NCBI GenBank assembly: GCA_050010515.1
Contig: JBEKKX010000014.1
Coordinates: forward strand, 1-61,631
Direction of reading: 5' to 3'
Length of the DNA stretch: 61,631 nucleotides
DNA from: Candidatus Bathyarchaeia archaeon
GTDB lineage: Archaea; Thermoproteota; Bathyarchaeia; Bathyarchaeales; Bathycorpusculaceae
Of this stretch, positions 58,750 to 61,631 are shown one piece after another. The notes below the pieces were generated by a model. It worked only from the letters and a program-made list of their open reading frames with translations, made no database searches and was not told where the DNA came from. The position numbers and the translations under genes are program-made. How positions within the stretch are numbered: the stretch's first letter is position 1; every line of letters begins with the position of its first letter.

Positions 58750-59934
58750 CTATTGATCCTTTAAGAACTCTGCAAACATTGGGTGAAACAGATTATATTT
58801 CCCTCTGCCGTGTCGTAGTAATAGTTCTTTTTTCTCAAGCCTTGAGAATAGCTCGGCTGCGCTACCAAAGTTTTTAAAATCAACTGGAGAAACAAATTCC
58901 TTTCCTGATTCAGCAATTGCAATCATTAGCTGCCTTTCCTTCTCTGAGGCCGTTTGATACTTTTGAGAGAAAATGGTGTCGCTAAGAGATTCCTCAATAG
59001 CAGGCCAAGCATTTTGGAGGTCTTTTAATCCAATAGTCTGGGCTTCACTAGTATGCATTAATAATTCGAACATAGCAAACATAATCAAGTAAGGATGCCC
59101 ATTCATCTTTTCCGTTATCACTTGGATCACTTTGTCATCAATTTGAGTTTTGCTTCCTGCTACTTTTAGCCTTACCTCAATGGATTCCTTTGCCTCCTCA
59201 AATGTGAATGGTTTGAGATCAAAACGTTTAAAGAATCTAACGACTGGTTCTGCTATCTCTGCTATTTCAGAGAACAGAAGTGACTGGGCAGTTACCACCA
59301 ATGAATAATTGCATTTTCTGTTGACGAGTTCTTGGAAGGTAGTTCTTAGGTTGAGGTATGACGAGTCCTTGGCTTTAATTGGAAAATAGTGAAGGTCATC
59401 TAGCATAATGAATGCTATCTGGACTCCTGAAGGCTTAAGGTGATCTTCCCACAATTTTTGTAAGGCATCAGTTAGGTTGGGTTGCTTTTGGTTGTTATTT
59501 CTCTGGGCGGAAATAACGCCCAAATTTAGGCTTATCTCCCATTTGTCTATCTCGCTTTTGATTCTCGGTAGTACTTTTTTTGTAGCCTTGATTGTTGATT
59601 TGACTGTTCCGAGAAAGTTTTCAGTGAAAGTATTCCAGCTTTGGCAATGCTCAGGCGAGAGCGGAAAATAGATGCAGACGCACCGCATTTCATTTTGGAG
59701 CTCTTCAAGAGCAATTTGCCTGAGCTTGTATATCAAGGATGTCTTGCCTTGACCCCATGTTCCAAGTATGGCATAGTTTAGTGGGGCTGGAGGATTCAGT
59801 TCCGCTGAATTGCTTGCGGTTTTCTTGAAGTAACGGAGTTGCTCTGCCCTATCAGCAAAACATAATGGTTGGGCTGGGTGTTGTGGCGAGAAAGGATTTA
59901 TTTTGTGATTTTTGTTATGATTGTGATTTTCCAC
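58750..59934 (-). CDS. STAND/AAA+-like ATPase with C-terminal winged helix
   Basis: NPF, Walker A GTWGQGKT, Walker B IMLDD, GHPY, YNLFHPMF. Confidence 0.82.
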   Translation of the reverse strand: MENHNHNKNHKINPFSPQHPAQPLCFADRAEQLRYFKKTASNSAELNPPAPLNYAILGTWGQGKTSLIYKLRQIALEELQNEMRCVCIYFPLSPEHCQSWNTFTENFLGTVKSTIKATKKVLPRIKSEIDKWEISLNLGVISAQRNNNQKQPNLTDALQKLWEDHLKPSGVQIAFIMLDDLHYFPIKAKDSSYLNLRTTFQELVNRKCNYSLVVTAQSLLFSEIAEIAEPVVRFFKRFDLKPFTFEEAKESIEVRLKVAGSKTQIDDKVIQVITEKMNGHPYLIMFAMFELLMHTSEAQTIGLKDLQNAWPAIEESLSDTIFSQKYQTASEKERQLMIAIAESGKEFVSPVDFKNFGSAAELFSRLEKKELLLRHGRGKYNLFHPMFAEFLKDQ

Positions 59935-59952
59935 GATAACTGCCTCTTGAAC

Positions 59953-60087
59953 TTACTTCTCATTAAGCTTGTACCGCTGAATTTTGGCTATCCCCTTGCA
60001 GGTTCGATGGATTAGGCGACCTCCGTAGTACATTCCCTCTCCTTCGTAGACTTTTCGTCCACAGATAGCACATGTCTTGTAACCCAT
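59953..60087 (-). CDS. 44-aa zinc-finger microprotein
   Basis: MGYKTCAICGRKVYEGEGMYYGGRLIHRTCKGIAKIQRYKLNEK* (CxxC...HxxC); directly upstream of the ATPase. Confidence 0.7.
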   Translation of the reverse strand: MGYKTCAICGRKVYEGEGMYYGGRLIHRTCKGIAKIQRYKLNEK

Positions 60088-60277
60088 GTGATTTCTGTTA
60101 TGATTGTGATTATAAAACAATTGCGGTGTGGCAGAGTATGTAAACAGAAAATTCGATGGTCAGCTTACTCAAATAGTTGAGATTGTTAGCTCAAAAACAC
60201 TTCAACTGGAAACGATGTTATAGACCTTGAAGATGAAACCACAGCCTCAGTTGTGGAGGAGCACCGTAAAAATTCTC

Positions 60278-60748
60278 TTATTCTTTTTTATTCCGCAAAC
60301 AATCTTCCATCTCTTCTAAGCAGTCATCCACCCAATCTTCAAAATCAGCTTCATCTTTAAACCAAAAGCTCCAAGCATTCCATGAGCCCTGAAGTAATGT
60401 TACTTTTTGCTCAAAGAGGCTCATAATATAGTTAGTCGCGCATTCGTAGCTTGGATCAATTGTAATTAGCACTGAATCCTTCTTCAGTTCTGGATGTATC
60501 TTTTGAAAGAACCCCGCCAGAAAGGCCAGTGGATAATAGAATTTTGTGTGAATATCATTCATCACATCTTCACCAAGATACTTGGCTGGCACACAACCAT
60601 TGGGGTCTTCGAAGTACATATTCTGCACATATTCCTGGGCGTCAACAAAGCTATGTGCACCTGCTTGTTTTGTCTTAATCACAACATACCCTGCAACATC
60701 AGGAGCTTCTTGCATTAAGAACTGTGCAAATACTCGCCGGTAATTCAT
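60278..60748 (-). CDS. Hypothetical protein
   Basis: 156-aa ORF with SD GGTGA. Confidence 0.65.
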   Translation of the reverse strand: MNYRRVFAQFLMQEAPDVAGYVVIKTKQAGAHSFVDAQEYVQNMYFEDPNGCVPAKYLGEDVMNDIHTKFYYPLAFLAGFFQKIHPELKKDSVLITIDPSYECATNYIMSLFEQKVTLLQGSWNAWSFWFKDEADFEDWVDDCLEEMEDCLRNKKE

Positions 60749-60815
60749 GACAGAGTCACCTTAAACAATATCTTGACTTTCAGGTTCAACCCAATATATT
60801 GAGGAAAAAAGATAA

Positions 60816-61058
60816 TCACGCTTTTTCACATCTCAAGAATTTTTCAACCCGTGGGTCGTATGGTCCATCCAAGCTTGGAGTTATTATGGCACCGCATTTT
60901 GGGCATGTAGCTTCACTTACTCGTTCTTTGAGGTCATCGTCGAACTCAATATTTCCCCTGCCATCAAGATATATCATGCCCTCGTAAGTGTCCACGCTTT
61001 TAAAGTACACTTTGTCAATATCTTGGTTGCAATTAGGACATTTTGGCATACTCTTCAC
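60816..61058 (-). CDS. Small zinc-ribbon protein
   Basis: CPNC...CPKC; SD AGGTGA before ATG 61049. Confidence 0.7.
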   Translation of the reverse strand: MKSMPKCPNCNQDIDKVYFKSVDTYEGMIYLDGRGNIEFDDDLKERVSEATCPKCGAIITPSLDGPYDPRVEKFLRCEKA

Positions 61059-61262
61059 CTGCGAAACATAACAAAATATTTTTTTGCAAACTGTAGCACC
61101 TGATCCAGTTTTTCAACGCTGAAGTATAAAGATTATGTTTTTTCCACCCATAAAATGAAAAATGCAAATTTTATTGCTTTACTTGAACACTAATGATCAG
61201 GTTTATAAACGCAGGATAGCGAATTGGACTGAGAGGTTATCCAAATTAGGAGTAGTAATTAG

Positions 61263-61526
61263 ATGGGGCTCTACTTTAATGGCAGGATTGTATCTGATGA
61301 GAGCATTATCAAGCGACTATGCATGGATGAACCCAAAGGGGAACATATTGGAAACCGAATCTGGGTGTGGGAGAACACGAAAACTGGCAAAACAATAATC
61401 ACTGGCGATGAAGGAAATAGCTGGTGCGTCAAGCTCTCTGAAGGCAACAGCAAAGAAGAAGCAATGGCAAAGCTTAAAGCCAAACGGGAAAAGAACGAGG
61501 TCTTCACCGAGTTTATTAAAACTTGA
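61263..61526 (+). CDS. Small hypothetical protein
   Basis: 87-aa ORF with SD AGGAG upstream. Confidence 0.6.
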   Translation: MGLYFNGRIVSDESIIKRLCMDEPKGEHIGNRIWVWENTKTGKTIITGDEGNSWCVKLSEGNSKEEAMAKLKAKREKNEVFTEFIKT

Positions 61527-61630
61527 CGAGAATACTGCAACCGTTAGGTTGCAGATGAATCGGCAGTAGGTTCTTTTGCTAACTCGCTAAGTGTGTTTCC
61601 TAGACGGCAGGTTGCGTCTACCGTCTAGGA
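61527..61630. other. Two strong hairpins at the window end
   Basis: CTGCAACC-gtta-GGTTGCAG (61535-61554) and TCCTAGACGG...CCGTCTAGGA (61598-61630). Confidence 0.6.
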
Positions 61631-61631
61631 G

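Overview
Archaeal chromosomal window, most consistent with Bathyarchaeia. The evidence is an archaeal class I CCA enzyme, a tRNA-splicing endonuclease subunit, an EF-2 paralog, dockerin/PQQ/YVTN surface proteins and REC-PAS kinases. Core genes include btuFCD-cbiZ, serA, a P-type ATPase, a NOP2-family methyltransferase, two glnA, hisS, endA, mtnA, cca-thpR and a class II HMG-CoA reductase, interspersed with accessory cassettes. The main finding is a minimal, divergent type III CRISPR-Cas locus (39283-44914). It has cas6, a Cas10-like protein lacking GGDD and with an eroded HD site, Cas5, a divergent putative Cas11, a single Cas7 without the usual catalytic Asp, a decayed cas2 missed by the ORF track, and a 3-spacer array. 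All three spacers read antisense to peptides resembling archaeal cell-surface proteins. Also notable: a ~5.4-kb signalling/adhesin island bounded by a ~100-bp duplication of the thpR promoter and 5' end, a G/T-rich repeat family bracketing accessory cassettes, a stand-alone EF-2 paralog with an altered switch I, a candidate structured RNA, and several unannotated small genes and pseudogenes. All calls come from reading motifs by eye; no searches were run.
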